Shown here piece by piece: positions 1-9,366 of a stretch of 32,000 nucleotides of DNA. The translations under genes and the position numbers were made by a program. Under the pieces are notes generated by a model that did no database searches, was not told where the DNA came from, and worked only from the letters and a program-made list of their open reading frames with translations. The DNA comes from Acinetobacter wanghuae. Lineage in GTDB: Bacteria; Pseudomonadota; Gammaproteobacteria; Pseudomonadales; Moraxellaceae. The stretch is from assembly GCF_009557235.1 (NCBI RefSeq), contig NZ_CP045650.1:510001-542000 (forward strand), written 5' to 3'. Positions within the stretch are counted from its first letter, which is position 1. Each line of letters opens with the position of its first letter.

Positions 1-182
1 GTTCAATGAAATCGCAAATGAAAAAAGCCGATCAAGCGGGTGCTTTATTTGCTGCGATTTTAGGTGAGCGTGAGCTTGAAGCGAAAGCATTTACCGTCAA
101 AGAGCTGGCAACAGCAGAACAATTTGAAGTGCCATTTAATGACTTTGTGGCATTTTTTAATACTAAAATTTCTTCAAAATAA
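1..182 (+). CDS. hisS: Histidyl-tRNA synthetase, C-terminal fragment (5' end outside window)
   Basis: Frame 3 reads ...[43 protein letters not shown]...SSK* with the stop at 180-182. This resembles the HisS anticodon-binding C-terminus (KSQMKxADKxGAxxAxIxGExE). It is followed by yfgM-bamB-der, as in E. coli. Confidence 0.8.
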   Translation, partial: SMKSQMKKADQAGALFAAILGERELEAKAFTVKELATAEQFEVPFNDFVAFFNTKISSK

Positions 183-211
183 TCCATAACATTTAGGAAA
201 GAGATAATCAC

Positions 212-913
212 ATGAGCGCAATTGGTGGTGATGAACAACTTGAAAGCTTAAAGTCCTTCACGAAGAAGTACGGTTCTTCAATCATTACAGGGATTTTAAT
301 TGCGCTGATTGCCTTTTTCGGATGGGAATATTGGCAGAAGAAAACCTTGGCGGAATCGCAAATGCGTACCGCTAAGGTACAACAGTTGATGGACGATGCA
401 CGTGCCAGCAATAATGGCGAAGCATTTGCAAAATTATCAGATACAGCCGATAAAATTGTAAAAGAAGCACCTGATTCAGTTCAAGCGATTCAAACCCAAT
501 TGGTCATGGCTAAATTGGCGTATGATAAGTTTGATTTTGCAGCGGCTGAAAAAGCATTACAAAAAGTTGAAAACTCAAAACTTGATGATGCTGGTCTTAT
601 ACATGTGGTAAAACTACGTTTAGCTTATGCACAGTTGGCTCAGAAAAAATATGATGCAGCGTTAAAAACTTTAGATGCAGTGACAGATCCTGCATTTAAA
701 GCCACAGCGGATGAAGCGCGTGGTGATATTTATGTTGCGAAAAACGATATTGAAAATGCTAAAAAAGTATATCAAAGTGCATGGGATGCTTTGATTGAAC
801 GTAAAGAAGAACGTCAAATTTTACAAATTAAACTCGAAAGTGTAGGCGTATTGGTAGATGATCCTGAGATCGAACGCCCAATTATAGATACAGCAGCGGA
901 AGCAACTGAATGA
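212..913 (+). CDS. yfgM: YfgM-family TPR-like membrane-anchored protein (ancillary SecYEG/periplasmic chaperone partner)
   Basis: 233 aa with a single N-terminal TM (IITGILIALIAFFGWEYW). LRLAYAQLAQKKYDAALKTLD aligns with E. coli YfgM LRLARVQVQLKQADAALKTLD. It sits between hisS and bamB, and its stop overlaps the bamB start (ATGA at 910-913). Confidence 0.8.
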   Translation: MSAIGGDEQLESLKSFTKKYGSSIITGILIALIAFFGWEYWQKKTLAESQMRTAKVQQLMDDARASNNGEAFAKLSDTADKIVKEAPDSVQAIQTQLVMAKLAYDKFDFAAAEKALQKVENSKLDDAGLIHVVKLRLAYAQLAQKKYDAALKTLDAVTDPAFKATADEARGDIYVAKNDIENAKKVYQSAWDALIERKEERQILQIKLESVGVLVDDPEIERPIIDTAAEATE

Positions 914-2058
914 ATCAAAAATACAAAATCACATGTGCCTTGACTGTTTTAACCCTTGCTTTGGCAGGTTGCGCAGGTAAAAGCGCAAAAGTGCCTGAAG
1001 TGAAGCCGAATCCGCTTCCTAAATTGACACAAGCCTCATCATTGGTTCCTGTATTTTCGACCAGTGTTGCTGCCACTGATGCAGCAGATCCATTACGTTT
1101 ACGCTTAGATGCTGAAAATGGCGTGGTTTTTGCGGTGAATCCAAATGGTGAAGTGACTGCATTTAGCGGCAAGCAAAAACTATGGCAGAAAAAAATTAGT
1201 AAGGACGGCTTAAGTGCTGGTGTTGAAGCAAATGATGGTGTTTTGGTGGTAGGGAACCAAAAAGGTCAATTATTTGCGTTAAATCAACAAAGTGGTGAAC
1301 AAGTCTGGACTGCACAATTGACAGGTGCACTCCTTGCGCCGTCACTTATTCATGCTGGTCGTGTGATTAGTGTGACCAATGACGGTACTGTGTACGGTCA
1401 TGAAGTGGCAACAGGTAAGCAAGTTTGGACTTATAACCTGCCTAATGTACAATTTAGCTTACGTGGTATGTCTGCGCCTGTGGTACTCGATCCGCGTAAT
1501 GTTTTAGTGGCGTCATCAAATGCGTATGTTTACGTACTCGATGCCTTAACAGGTACACCAAAAATGCAACGTCGTGTTGCAGTATCGGATGGACGTTCTG
1601 ATATTCAACGTCTGATTGATATTGATGGCGAACCTGTGGTTGCAGGTCAATTTGTCGTGACGACAAGTTACCAAGGGCAGGTAACTGTACTGGATTTGGC
1701 TTCACAACAAGTGATTTGGAGTCAAGATGCAAGTAGTACACAGCGTCCTGAAGTCGTCGGAAATGCTGTTATCGTTGCACAAAATGATGGCAAGATCACC
1801 GCTTTTGATATCACAAGTGGTCAAACCATTTGGGAAAATGACCAGTTACTGAATCGTCAATTGAGTAATCCTGTCATGCTGGCAGGTCAATTGGTGGTGG
1901 GTGATTTAGATGGTGTTTTACACCTGATTGATCCATCGACTGGACAACTTATTGGTCGCTCAAAAACCTCTGGCGAGGTGCGAACTTTACGTGTCATCGA
2001 TAACCAATTGTATGTATCGACACGTAAGGGTGCATTAAGCATTTGGCAGAGCCGTTAA
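910..2058 (+). CDS. bamB: Outer membrane protein assembly factor BamB (PQQ-like beta-propeller lipoprotein)
   Basis: 382 aa with a lipoprotein signal and lipobox LTLALAGC. It has repeated G-x-V-W/beta-propeller blades (GEQVWTAQL, GKQVWTYNL, QQVIWSQD, GQTIWEND). Position is the yfgM-bamB-der synteny. Confidence 0.9.
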   Translation: MNQKYKITCALTVLTLALAGCAGKSAKVPEVKPNPLPKLTQASSLVPVFSTSVAATDAADPLRLRLDAENGVVFAVNPNGEVTAFSGKQKLWQKKISKDGLSAGVEANDGVLVVGNQKGQLFALNQQSGEQVWTAQLTGALLAPSLIHAGRVISVTNDGTVYGHEVATGKQVWTYNLPNVQFSLRGMSAPVVLDPRNVLVASSNAYVYVLDALTGTPKMQRRVAVSDGRSDIQRLIDIDGEPVVAGQFVVTTSYQGQVTVLDLASQQVIWSQDASSTQRPEVVGNAVIVAQNDGKITAFDITSGQTIWENDQLLNRQLSNPVMLAGQLVVGDLDGVLHLIDPSTGQLIGRSKTSGEVRTLRVIDNQLYVSTRKGALSIWQSR

Positions 2059-2107
2059 TTTTAACGAGCCTTATGTTAAACTAGCAGCAACCGTATATTT
2101 TTATGCT

Positions 2108-2145
2108 CGGGGCGATTGAATAATCAATCCCCCGTGTTTTTATTT
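2108..2145 (+). terminator. Rho-independent terminator after bamB
   Basis: cggggcgattg (2108-2118) pairs with caatcccccg (2125-2134), giving 10 bp with one bulged C. A tgtttttattt tract follows. Confidence 0.6.
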
Positions 2146-2226
2146 AGGACATCTGTCCTCAACTTCTTCCTATGCTTTCTGATGTTCAGGCCATTTGATC
2201 TGGCCGATATAGAAAAAGGTTAATCT

Positions 2227-3636
2227 ATGAAACCCGTAATTGCGCTCATTGGTCGTCCGAACGTCGGAAAATCAACGTTGTTCAACCAGATTACCAAGAG
2301 CCGTGATGCTTTGGTCGCAGACTTTGCCGGTCTAACACGCGACCGTAAATATGGTGATGCAGTCTTCCAAAATAAATCGTTTATTGTCGTCGACACCGGT
2401 GGTATCGGTGAAAACGAAGGCGGTATTGATTCATACATGGCAGAGCAATCTAAAACTGCCATTAATGAAGCTGATATTATTGTCTTCGTGGTCGATGCAC
2501 GTGCCGGATTATTGGCATCTGATGAACAAATTGCGCGTGAACTGCGTACTTTAGGCAAAAAAGTTTATCTTGTTGCCAATAAAGTCGATGGCGTACACGC
2601 TGAAGCTGCACTTGTAGAATTTTACAAGCTCGGTATGGGCGAACCATTACAAGTGGCAGCAAGCCATGGTCGTGGTGTACAGCAAATGCTTGAAGATGTA
2701 CTTGCTGAAGTTCCTGAAGATGAAGATGCTGCTGAGCATGACAAAGCGACTGGCTTACGTTTGGCGATTATTGGTCGTCCAAATGTGGGTAAATCAACGC
2801 TTGTTAACCGTTTACTCGGTGAAGATCGTGTGGTGGCATTTGACCAACCGGGTACAACCCGTGATTCGATTTATATTCCATTCGAACGTGATGGTCGTCA
2901 ATACACGTTGATTGACACTGCTGGTGTACGTCGTAAAGGTAAAGTCGATGAAATGATTGAGAAATTCTCAATCGTGAAAACGTTGCAAGCGATTAAAGAT
3001 GCGCATGTGATTGTCGTAGTGCTTGATGCGCGTGAAGGCGTGGTTGAGCAAGATTTACATTTAATCGGCTATGCTTTAGAAGCAGGCCGTGCGATGGTGA
3101 TTGCGATCAACAAATGGGACAACATGTCTGATTATGATCGTAAACAATGTAAGCTCGATGTCGATCGTCGTTTTGATTTCATTCCTTGGGCAAAAGTGCA
3201 TTTAATCTCTGCATTGCACGGTACAGGTGTGGGCGAGATGTATCCATCGATTCACCGTGCCTTTGATTCTTCGCATTTGAAAGTATCACCTGCGAAAATC
3301 ACCCAAATCTTGAATGATGCAACTGAAGCACACCAACCACCAATGGTTCAAGGTCGTCGTATCAAAATGCGTTATGCGCATATGGGCGGACAAAATCCAC
3401 CAACCATTGTGGTACATGGTAACAAAGTGGATAAAACTCCTGCGGATTATCGTCGTTACCTAGAGAATGTATTCCGTCGTGTTTACAAACTTGAAGGTTC
3501 GCCTGTACGTATTGAGTTTAAAACCTCTGAAAACCCATTTGAAGGTCGTAAGACGGTCATGGATGAGCGTATCGCAGCACGTAAACGTCGTTACGTTCAG
3601 AAATTTAAAAAAGCTGAGAAGAAATATAAGAACTAA
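2227..3636 (+). CDS. der: Ribosome-associated GTPase Der/EngA (tandem GTPase domains)
   Basis: 469 aa with two P-loops ([12 protein letters not shown] and [12 protein letters not shown]), two DTGG/DTAG and NKVD/NKWD motifs, and a KH-like, basic C-terminus. Confidence 0.95.
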   Translation: MKPVIALIGRPNVGKSTLFNQITKSRDALVADFAGLTRDRKYGDAVFQNKSFIVVDTGGIGENEGGIDSYMAEQSKTAINEADIIVFVVDARAGLLASDEQIARELRTLGKKVYLVANKVDGVHAEAALVEFYKLGMGEPLQVAASHGRGVQQMLEDVLAEVPEDEDAAEHDKATGLRLAIIGRPNVGKSTLVNRLLGEDRVVAFDQPGTTRDSIYIPFERDGRQYTLIDTAGVRRKGKVDEMIEKFSIVKTLQAIKDAHVIVVVLDAREGVVEQDLHLIGYALEAGRAMVIAINKWDNMSDYDRKQCKLDVDRRFDFIPWAKVHLISALHGTGVGEMYPSIHRAFDSSHLKVSPAKITQILNDATEAHQPPMVQGRRIKMRYAHMGGQNPPTIVVHGNKVDKTPADYRRYLENVFRRVYKLEGSPVRIEFKTSENPFEGRKTVMDERIAARKRRYVQKFKKAEKKYKN

Positions 3637-3654
3637 GTTCTGTTTTCTTTGATT

Positions 3655-3688
3655 CAAAAAAAGCCTGCAATTTGCAGGCTTTTTTATT
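3655..3688. terminator. Bidirectional rho-independent terminator shared by der (+) and the 3689-4255 gene (-)
   Basis: The sequence is aaaaaaaagcctgcaaatttgcaggcttttttatttt. An 8-bp GC-rich stem (agcctgca/tgcaggct) is flanked by an A-run and a T-run. Confidence 0.8.
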
Positions 3689-4255
3689 TTAGAAGTTACA
3701 TTTTTTTGCTTTTTGATAGATTCGAATATTTTCTAAATTGGCTAAAGCAACATCAACGACTTCATCAGATGGGGCATTTTTTTGTGCTGTATTGCCCGAT
3801 AATGCGCCTGTAATCTTACTTAAACGTGCAGCCGAGTCTGATTGACCAGCAAAAGCAGAGAGTGCACCCGTCGTTAGACCTGCTAACTTCGCAATTTTAT
3901 TGTTAGACTGAGCTGCAGCTTGTTCTTGAGCAGCCTGAGCCGCAGCTAAAGTACGTTCAAAACTTTTAGACTCGACTGCAAGATCGGTACAATCTAATTT
4001 TTTTAAATAGCTTGTAGAATAGACGCTATTGTTGTTCTGAGATGCTGGATTATAGTTAGATGCATAGGCAGCATCAGCACGTGCAACTGCTGCATTGGCT
4101 TGAGCACGGCTGCGTTCCATATTGGCTTCAGCTTGATCCATAATGGCAGCATTTTTCGCGCCTAATACACTTGTTGCCGCTTCTAACCAACTTGCAGCAG
4201 ACGCAGATAAAGATACCCCGCCAAGTAATATGCTCAGCAAAATTTGTTTATACAT
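3689..4255 (-). CDS. Secreted Ala/Gln-rich protein of unknown function
   Basis: 188 aa with a Sec signal peptide (MYKQILLSILLGGVSLSASA-AS). The mature part is low-complexity Ala/Gln/Asn-rich and helical-looking, with two Cys (LDCTD and C-terminal KKCNF). I recognise no family. Confidence 0.6.
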   Translation of the reverse strand: MYKQILLSILLGGVSLSASAASWLEAATSVLGAKNAAIMDQAEANMERSRAQANAAVARADAAYASNYNPASQNNNSVYSTSYLKKLDCTDLAVESKSFERTLAAAQAAQEQAAAQSNNKIAKLAGLTTGALSAFAGQSDSAARLSKITGALSGNTAQKNAPSDEVVDVALANLENIRIYQKAKKCNF

Positions 4256-4469
4256 TTGAAGCCCCTCTTAGACAAAGTTTATGTAGTAATAAATAATTGT
4301 GATTTAGAATTTTTTAAAATTATATTTTAATTTTATTGGTTTATGTTGAAATCCAACTTTAGTTTTATTTATAACTTAAATTTGGTTAATTTTGTAGCGC
4401 GAAAATAACGATGCTTTGTATCGATTCAGGTATGCTTAAACGTCTGTCATTCAATTTGATTTTAAGCAC

Positions 4470-5114
4470 GTGACAAAACACATTCAGATTCAGCTTTATT
4501 CGTTTCGGAAAATTATTTCTGTCGATACTTCTTTGGCGCGTGCAGCTTATATCAAAGCGAAAAAACAAGCGATTTACCAATTTCGAGATCGTCTGCTTGA
4601 GCAATTCTTTAAGATAGATCTGCAAGATCAGCTTGTCAAAACTGAACATGGCAAACCCTATCTAATTGATTATCCAAAATTTACCTTTAATCATTCCCAC
4701 AGCCGAAACTTTTATGCACTCGCTATGAGTGAATGTATTCAGGATTTAGGGGTGGATATTGAGGAACTGAGTCGTAAAGTCCGTTTCGAGGCTTTGGCGC
4801 AACACGCGTTTCACCCCCAAGAATTACAACATTGGCATGAACTGGATTGTGATCCTGAATATTGGTTTAAAGTGTGGACGACCAAAGAAGCGGTGTTAAA
4901 AGCCTCAGGTTTAGGTATTCGCATCAATCTGAATGAGTTGAATACCAATCTTCATCCTTTAAATGATGGCGGTATGTGCGAGCATCCTCAAATTGGTGTG
5001 TTTGCTTATCAAAACTATCAACTTGCTGGATGCATGCTTACTGTTGCATGGCGTTCTGAGCAATCATGTAAAGGTTTTGCACGACCAAGCATTCAAATCA
5101 TCAATGATATTTAA
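4470..5114 (+). CDS. 4'-phosphopantetheinyl transferase, Sfp/EntD type
   Basis: 214 aa from a GTG start. All three PPTase signatures are present: HGKPYL, FNHSHS, GVDIEEL and WTTKEAVLKASGLG. Confidence 0.85.
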   Translation: MTKHIQIQLYSFRKIISVDTSLARAAYIKAKKQAIYQFRDRLLEQFFKIDLQDQLVKTEHGKPYLIDYPKFTFNHSHSRNFYALAMSECIQDLGVDIEELSRKVRFEALAQHAFHPQELQHWHELDCDPEYWFKVWTTKEAVLKASGLGIRINLNELNTNLHPLNDGGMCEHPQIGVFAYQNYQLAGCMLTVAWRSEQSCKGFARPSIQIINDI

Positions 5115-5168
5115 AATGCCTGATCGTATTTGAAGTGTAGTCCAAATGTGACCGCCATATTTGTGACA

Positions 5169-5939
5169 TTATTTTTTGGCAATCAGTAGATTACTATAGC
5201 GATTGAACCATTGTGGACTCATTCGAGAAAGTTTGAATAAAAACTTACCCTTAAAGCCAATTGGTCGATGTGTTGCTGTCCACATGGTTGTTTTTAATCC
5301 TGCTAATTTTAGGATTTCAGCGGCGACATCTTCAGGGCTTAAATGTACCCCCATTTTCTTAATACTTTCAGCCTGCATGTCTTTGACCATGGCTGTTTGT
5401 ACAAATAAGGGCATCACATCTAAGACCCGAATATTATATTTTTCCCATTCAATATCTAAGCTTTCGGTGAGTCCTCGCACTGCAAATTTACTCATTGAAT
5501 AGCTGGCTAAGTCGGCTTGACCATAGATCGCAGAGGCAGAAGAAAGATTAATCACACGGGCAAAAGAGGCTTTTTTTAGAAAAGGCAGGGCAGCATGACA
5601 ACCATTCACCACACCTTTAATATTGATGTCGATGGTACGGTGATGGTCTTGAATATTGCTTTGATCAAAATCACCTGAATATAAAACACCAGCATTATTG
5701 ACCAAAATATTCATTTCACCTGCCCAAGCGTTAAATTCGCTTAAAGCCGTTTGCCAAGAGGCATAATCCGCAACATCTAACAGACCGCCTTTGGCGCGAT
5801 CGCCCAATTGATTGGCAAGCGCGATGGCTTGGTCATGGTTTAAATCGTAGATGCCGACTTTGTAGCCATGTTGATAAAATAATGTTGCGACTGCTGCACC
5901 GATTCCTTGTGCTGCACCACTAATAAATATACTGTGCAT
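5169..5939 (-). CDS. Short-chain dehydrogenase/reductase (classical SDR), substrate unknown
   Basis: 256 aa with an N-terminal Rossmann motif ISGAAQGIGAA, NNAG, and catalytic S...YSMSKFAV (YxxxK). Confidence 0.85.
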   Translation of the reverse strand: MHSIFISGAAQGIGAAVATLFYQHGYKVGIYDLNHDQAIALANQLGDRAKGGLLDVADYASWQTALSEFNAWAGEMNILVNNAGVLYSGDFDQSNIQDHHRTIDINIKGVVNGCHAALPFLKKASFARVINLSSASAIYGQADLASYSMSKFAVRGLTESLDIEWEKYNIRVLDVMPLFVQTAMVKDMQAESIKKMGVHLSPEDVAAEILKLAGLKTTMWTATHRPIGFKGKFLFKLSRMSPQWFNRYSNLLIAKK

Positions 5940-6028
5940 CCGGTTTCATCCTTTTTTGTTATGCATTTATCATAGCAAATAAGGGCTACATAAAGTTTGT
6001 ACTGTTGAGTAAGCATAGGAGATGAACA

Positions 6029-6844
6029 TTGGAACAATTGTTGAGTGTAATGCGCGAATTACGTGAAAAATGTCCATGGGATCAACAACAAACTCCTGAA
6101 TCTTTAACCCGTTATGCGATTGAAGAAGCGTATGAAGTTGAAGCTGCTGTACGCTCAGGTTCTACCGATGATGTTCGTGATGAACTCGGTGATTTACTGT
6201 TGCAAGTCGTATTTCAGTCGCAAATGTACAGTGAACAAGATGCTTTTGATTTCAATGATGTCGTACAAGCCATTACCGATAAATTGATTCGTCGCCATCC
6301 GCATGTATTTCAAGCAGAACAGTTTGCAGCTTTAACGCCTGAAGATGTTTCTCTGCTTTGGCAAGAGATTAAACAAAAAGAAAAACAAGGCAAACCACGT
6401 TCGCGTTTAGATGACATTAAGCATGCTCCAGCCCTTAATCAAGCCGATCAAATTCAAAAAAATGTTGCAAAAATTGGATTCGATTTTCTCGATGTCGCGG
6501 GTGCCTATGAAAAACTAGAAGAAGAATTGGATGAGTTACAACAGGCGATTGCGCATCAAAATTCCGATGAAATTCAGGATGAATTTGGTGACTGCTTATT
6601 TTCACTGATTAATGTTGGTCGTAAACTAGGTGTATCGAGTGAAATGGCGTTGCTGAGCACGATTCATAAATTCAGGACGCGTTTTGCCTTGATGGAGCAG
6701 CAAGCAGAACAGCAACAATTACAGATAGAAAATTTGTCCTTAGTTGAACTAGATCAGCTGTGGGATCAAGCCAAATTAGAATTAAGAAAAAGGGCAATGT
6801 ATGAACATGATCAGCAAACTTCAGCCAAATTGGATGTTGATTAA
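6029..6844 (+). CDS. mazG: Nucleoside triphosphate pyrophosphohydrolase MazG
   Basis: 271 aa. EQLLSVMRELREKCPWDQQQT aligns with E. coli MazG DRLLTIMQRLR..CPWDKEQT. There are two EExxE/ELGD repeats. A TTG start at 6029 is preceded by aggaga (6017-6022). Confidence 0.9.
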   Translation: MEQLLSVMRELREKCPWDQQQTPESLTRYAIEEAYEVEAAVRSGSTDDVRDELGDLLLQVVFQSQMYSEQDAFDFNDVVQAITDKLIRRHPHVFQAEQFAALTPEDVSLLWQEIKQKEKQGKPRSRLDDIKHAPALNQADQIQKNVAKIGFDFLDVAGAYEKLEEELDELQQAIAHQNSDEIQDEFGDCLFSLINVGRKLGVSSEMALLSTIHKFRTRFALMEQQAEQQQLQIENLSLVELDQLWDQAKLELRKRAMYEHDQQTSAKLDVD

Positions 6845-7220
6845 ATTTATTCTCATCCTCATGATGACCATGTTTGGGTGGTTGAATTTTGCCTCTGCCA
6901 ATTCGACCGATTACACGGCATGGAAGGCACAGCAACAGCAGCAAGATGCACGTTTAAAACAACAAACGGCATCTGCCTCTGCCAATCATTATTTGTCGAA
7001 ACCCAGTTTAGATCCCGCAGCATCAGCTGATAAAATTCATTTAAATACAGCGAGTGTTGAGCAGTTACAACAACTACACGGGATTGGGCTTAAAAAAGCC
7101 GAAGCCATTGTGGCGTATCGAAACAAGCATGGGAAATTCAAGAATATTGAAGAGATTCAGCTCATCAAAGGCATTGGTGCTGCAATCTTTAATAAAAACA
7201 AAGCCAGATTAGCCTTATAG
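6834..7220 (+). CDS. comEA: ComEA-family helix-hairpin-helix DNA-binding (competence) protein
   Basis: The C-terminus reads LNTASVEQLQQLHGIGLKKAEAIVAYRNKHGKFKNIEEIQLIKGIGAAIF, the tandem HhH ComEA signature. The N-terminal signal/anchor is MLIKFILILMMTMFGWLNFASA. The start is uncertain: ATG 6834 overlaps mazG by 11 nt, and the alternative ATG 6801 overlaps by 44 nt. Confidence 0.8.
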   Translation: MLIKFILILMMTMFGWLNFASANSTDYTAWKAQQQQQDARLKQQTASASANHYLSKPSLDPAASADKIHLNTASVEQLQQLHGIGLKKAEAIVAYRNKHGKFKNIEEIQLIKGIGAAIFNKNKARLAL

Positions 7221-7354
7221 CGTTTTTTTTTACTCAGTATAATCCCCTTATTCAAACATAAGGATTGCTATAATCAAATTGCCCTTTAGCCCTGTAAGCG
7301 ATATGATTAGCGTCATCTTAGAATTTTACGTTCAGACGTAGGAGACAGCGTCTT

Positions 7355-8830
7355 TTGCAAACTTTGCGCGCGTCAAAATGTGGTTTATCAACCGCACAAT
7401 TACCTGCTTATATTATCGATGTGCTTGATGCTCTCACTAAGGCAGGCTATGAAGCTTATATCGTTGGTGGTGGTGTCCGAGATCTTATGTTGGGTTTAGC
7501 ACCCAAGGATTATGATGCTGTAACCAATGCAACGCCTGCTCAGGTCAAAGAAGTTTTCGGTCGACGCTGTCGTATTATCGGACGACGTTTTGAGTTGGCG
7601 CATGTCTATTCAGGTCGTGAATTGGTTGAAGTTGCGACTTTCCGTGCACCGCCAAAAAAAGCAGTCACTTCTGCTGCCGGTATGATTTTACGCGACAACA
7701 ATTGGGGCACGATTGAGCAAGATTTTGCACGTCGTGACTTCTCGATTAATGCTTTGTATTACCAACCACGTAAAGCCGTGGTACTCGATTTCTGCGATGC
7801 AGTCAGTGATATTGAACATAAAACTTTACGTTTATTAGGTGATCCTGCACTCCGCTTTGAAGAAGATCCTGTGCGTATGCTGCGAACATTACGTTTTGCA
7901 GCAAAATTAAATTTCTCTATTGATGAGAAAATTTTAGATATCTTTACTCCTGAAATGACTCAGTTGCTGCGTGATGTATCACCACATCGTTTATATGACG
8001 AATCGCAAAAGCTATTCACTATGGGGCATTTAAATCGCGTTTTACCGATGCTGATTGATTTTGGTATTTGGCAACAATTGTTTGCCGATATTGAACCTGA
8101 AGTCACTGAATTTATCGAACGCGCTGCAAAAAATACCGATCAACGCATTTCGATTGGCAAAACCATCAATCCGGCATTCTTCTATGCCGTGTTGTTATGG
8201 AAACCGTTCCAAGAACGTTGTGAGTATTATTTGGCGAAAGGTGTCGTTGCGGCTGAAGCACGTGCACAAGCTGGCTTGGATGTTTTAAAACGTCAAGCAA
8301 CACGAACCATTATTCCGCGTTTTGCTGAAACCTTTATTCGTGAAGTATGGGAAATGCAAACCCGTTTGCTGAATCCAAAACCACAGCAAATTGCGGCTTT
8401 ATCGAATCACGCGCGTTTCCGTGCTGGCTTTGACTTCTTATTGCTTCGTGAAAAATCTGGTGATAACACAACCCAAGGCATGGGTACATGGTGGGATGCG
8501 TATCAACAAATGACAGGCGATGAAAAAGAGCGTGCCATTGCGCAATATAATCGTCAACGTGCGAAGAATCGTCGCAAAGCATCACATGATGATCATGTGG
8601 AGCAAAAGGTACAGCCGCAGCAAGATTTGACTGAAATTGAACCTTTAGTAAATGAACCTGAAGCGCGTCCACGTCGTCCTCGTAAAGATAAACCTGCGCG
8701 TGAACGTGACAGTGGTGCACATCGTGCAGCACCGACCGATTTAAGCGTGGTAACAGCGGATCATCCAATCATGAAGCGTAAACGCGTAAAACGTGATTTA
8801 AGCCAAGTGGTGTTTGGACCAACGCAATGA
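7355..8830 (+). CDS. pcnB: Poly(A) polymerase I
   Basis: 491 aa with the nucleotidyltransferase head GGGVRDLMLGLAPKDYD, RRDFSINALYY and a basic C-terminal tail. A TTG start lies 9 nt after aggag. Its stop overlaps the folK start (ATGA), giving the classical pcnB-folK synteny. Confidence 0.9.
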   Translation: MQTLRASKCGLSTAQLPAYIIDVLDALTKAGYEAYIVGGGVRDLMLGLAPKDYDAVTNATPAQVKEVFGRRCRIIGRRFELAHVYSGRELVEVATFRAPPKKAVTSAAGMILRDNNWGTIEQDFARRDFSINALYYQPRKAVVLDFCDAVSDIEHKTLRLLGDPALRFEEDPVRMLRTLRFAAKLNFSIDEKILDIFTPEMTQLLRDVSPHRLYDESQKLFTMGHLNRVLPMLIDFGIWQQLFADIEPEVTEFIERAAKNTDQRISIGKTINPAFFYAVLLWKPFQERCEYYLAKGVVAAEARAQAGLDVLKRQATRTIIPRFAETFIREVWEMQTRLLNPKPQQIAALSNHARFRAGFDFLLLREKSGDNTTQGMGTWWDAYQQMTGDEKERAIAQYNRQRAKNRRKASHDDHVEQKVQPQQDLTEIEPLVNEPEARPRRPRKDKPARERDSGAHRAAPTDLSVVTADHPIMKRKRVKRDLSQVVFGPTQ

Positions 8831-9312
8831 TTTGTTGTTATATCGGTTTAGGCAGTAATTTAGGTGATTCGCGTCAGATTTTGACTGAGGCGGTGAGTAA
8901 ACTTGCCACATTGGGTACAATCAAGACTTCGAAGTTGTATCAAAGTCCACCGATGGGACCACAAGATCAGCCGAATTATCTCAATGCTGTTGTGCAGTTA
9001 GAAACTGATTTAGCAGCATTAGCACTTTTGGACCGCTTACAGGGTTTTGAGCAGGAAGCGGGTCGAGTACGGTTACGTCATTGGGGCGAACGTACTTTGG
9101 ATTTAGATTTGCTCCTTTATGGCGATGAAACGATTCAAAATGAACGTTTGACCGTGCCGCATGTGGGTGTATTAGAGCGTGATTTTGTGCTGATTCCCTT
9201 GTTGGATATTGATGCAGAATTAACGCTAAATGGACAGTTATTAAAAGACCTCGATATCGTCAAGCAATCGACGCTCAGCGTACTCGATGGCTTAGATTGG
9301 GCACACATTTAA
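8827..9312 (+). CDS. folK: 2-amino-4-hydroxy-6-hydroxymethyldihydropteridine pyrophosphokinase
   Basis: 161 aa with YIGLGSNLGD, QPNYLNAVV, RHWGERTLDLDLLLYGD and VPHVGVLERDFVLIPL, which are typical HPPK motifs. Confidence 0.9.
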   Translation: MICCYIGLGSNLGDSRQILTEAVSKLATLGTIKTSKLYQSPPMGPQDQPNYLNAVVQLETDLAALALLDRLQGFEQEAGRVRLRHWGERTLDLDLLLYGDETIQNERLTVPHVGVLERDFVLIPLLDIDAELTLNGQLLKDLDIVKQSTLSVLDGLDWAHI

Positions 9313-9366
9313 ATTTTTGAATTGTTGGTATGTTCAAGGGAACTGCAATAATAGAGGAACATCTTT

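Noticed and set aside
32-411. Minus-strand ORFs 32-238 and 208-411 over the hisS end and yfgM start
   Set aside because: They overlap the well-supported hisS and yfgM frames and have no start context or family resemblance.
915-2558. Antisense or alternate-frame track ORFs inside bamB and der (915-1172 -, 1454-1741 -, 2220-2558 -, 2351-2554 +, 2477-2662 -, 2666-2911 +, 3460-3657 -, 3467-3652 +)
   Set aside because: They lie entirely within strongly supported genes, have no recognisable motifs and have odd composition (Cys, His and Arg-rich). These are typical shadow ORFs.
4386-4649. 87-aa minus-strand ORF overlapping the PPTase 5' end
   Set aside because: It overlaps the motif-supported PPTase frame and is an AT-rich, low-complexity translation. 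It is probably spurious.
8055-8768. ORFs 8055-8288 (+) and 8334-8768 (-) within pcnB, with similar internal ORFs in panB/panC (9395-9598, 10260-10907), glnE (15266-15589, 15925-16143, 16698-16991, 17061-17342), ilvE (18077-18286), SDR (5203-5502), aspS (26439-26633, 27286-27480), the DUF4184 gene (28089-28398) and znuD (28559-28855, 29018-29512, 30056-30331)
   Set aside because: All are nested in genes with strong family signatures and none shows independent coding evidence.
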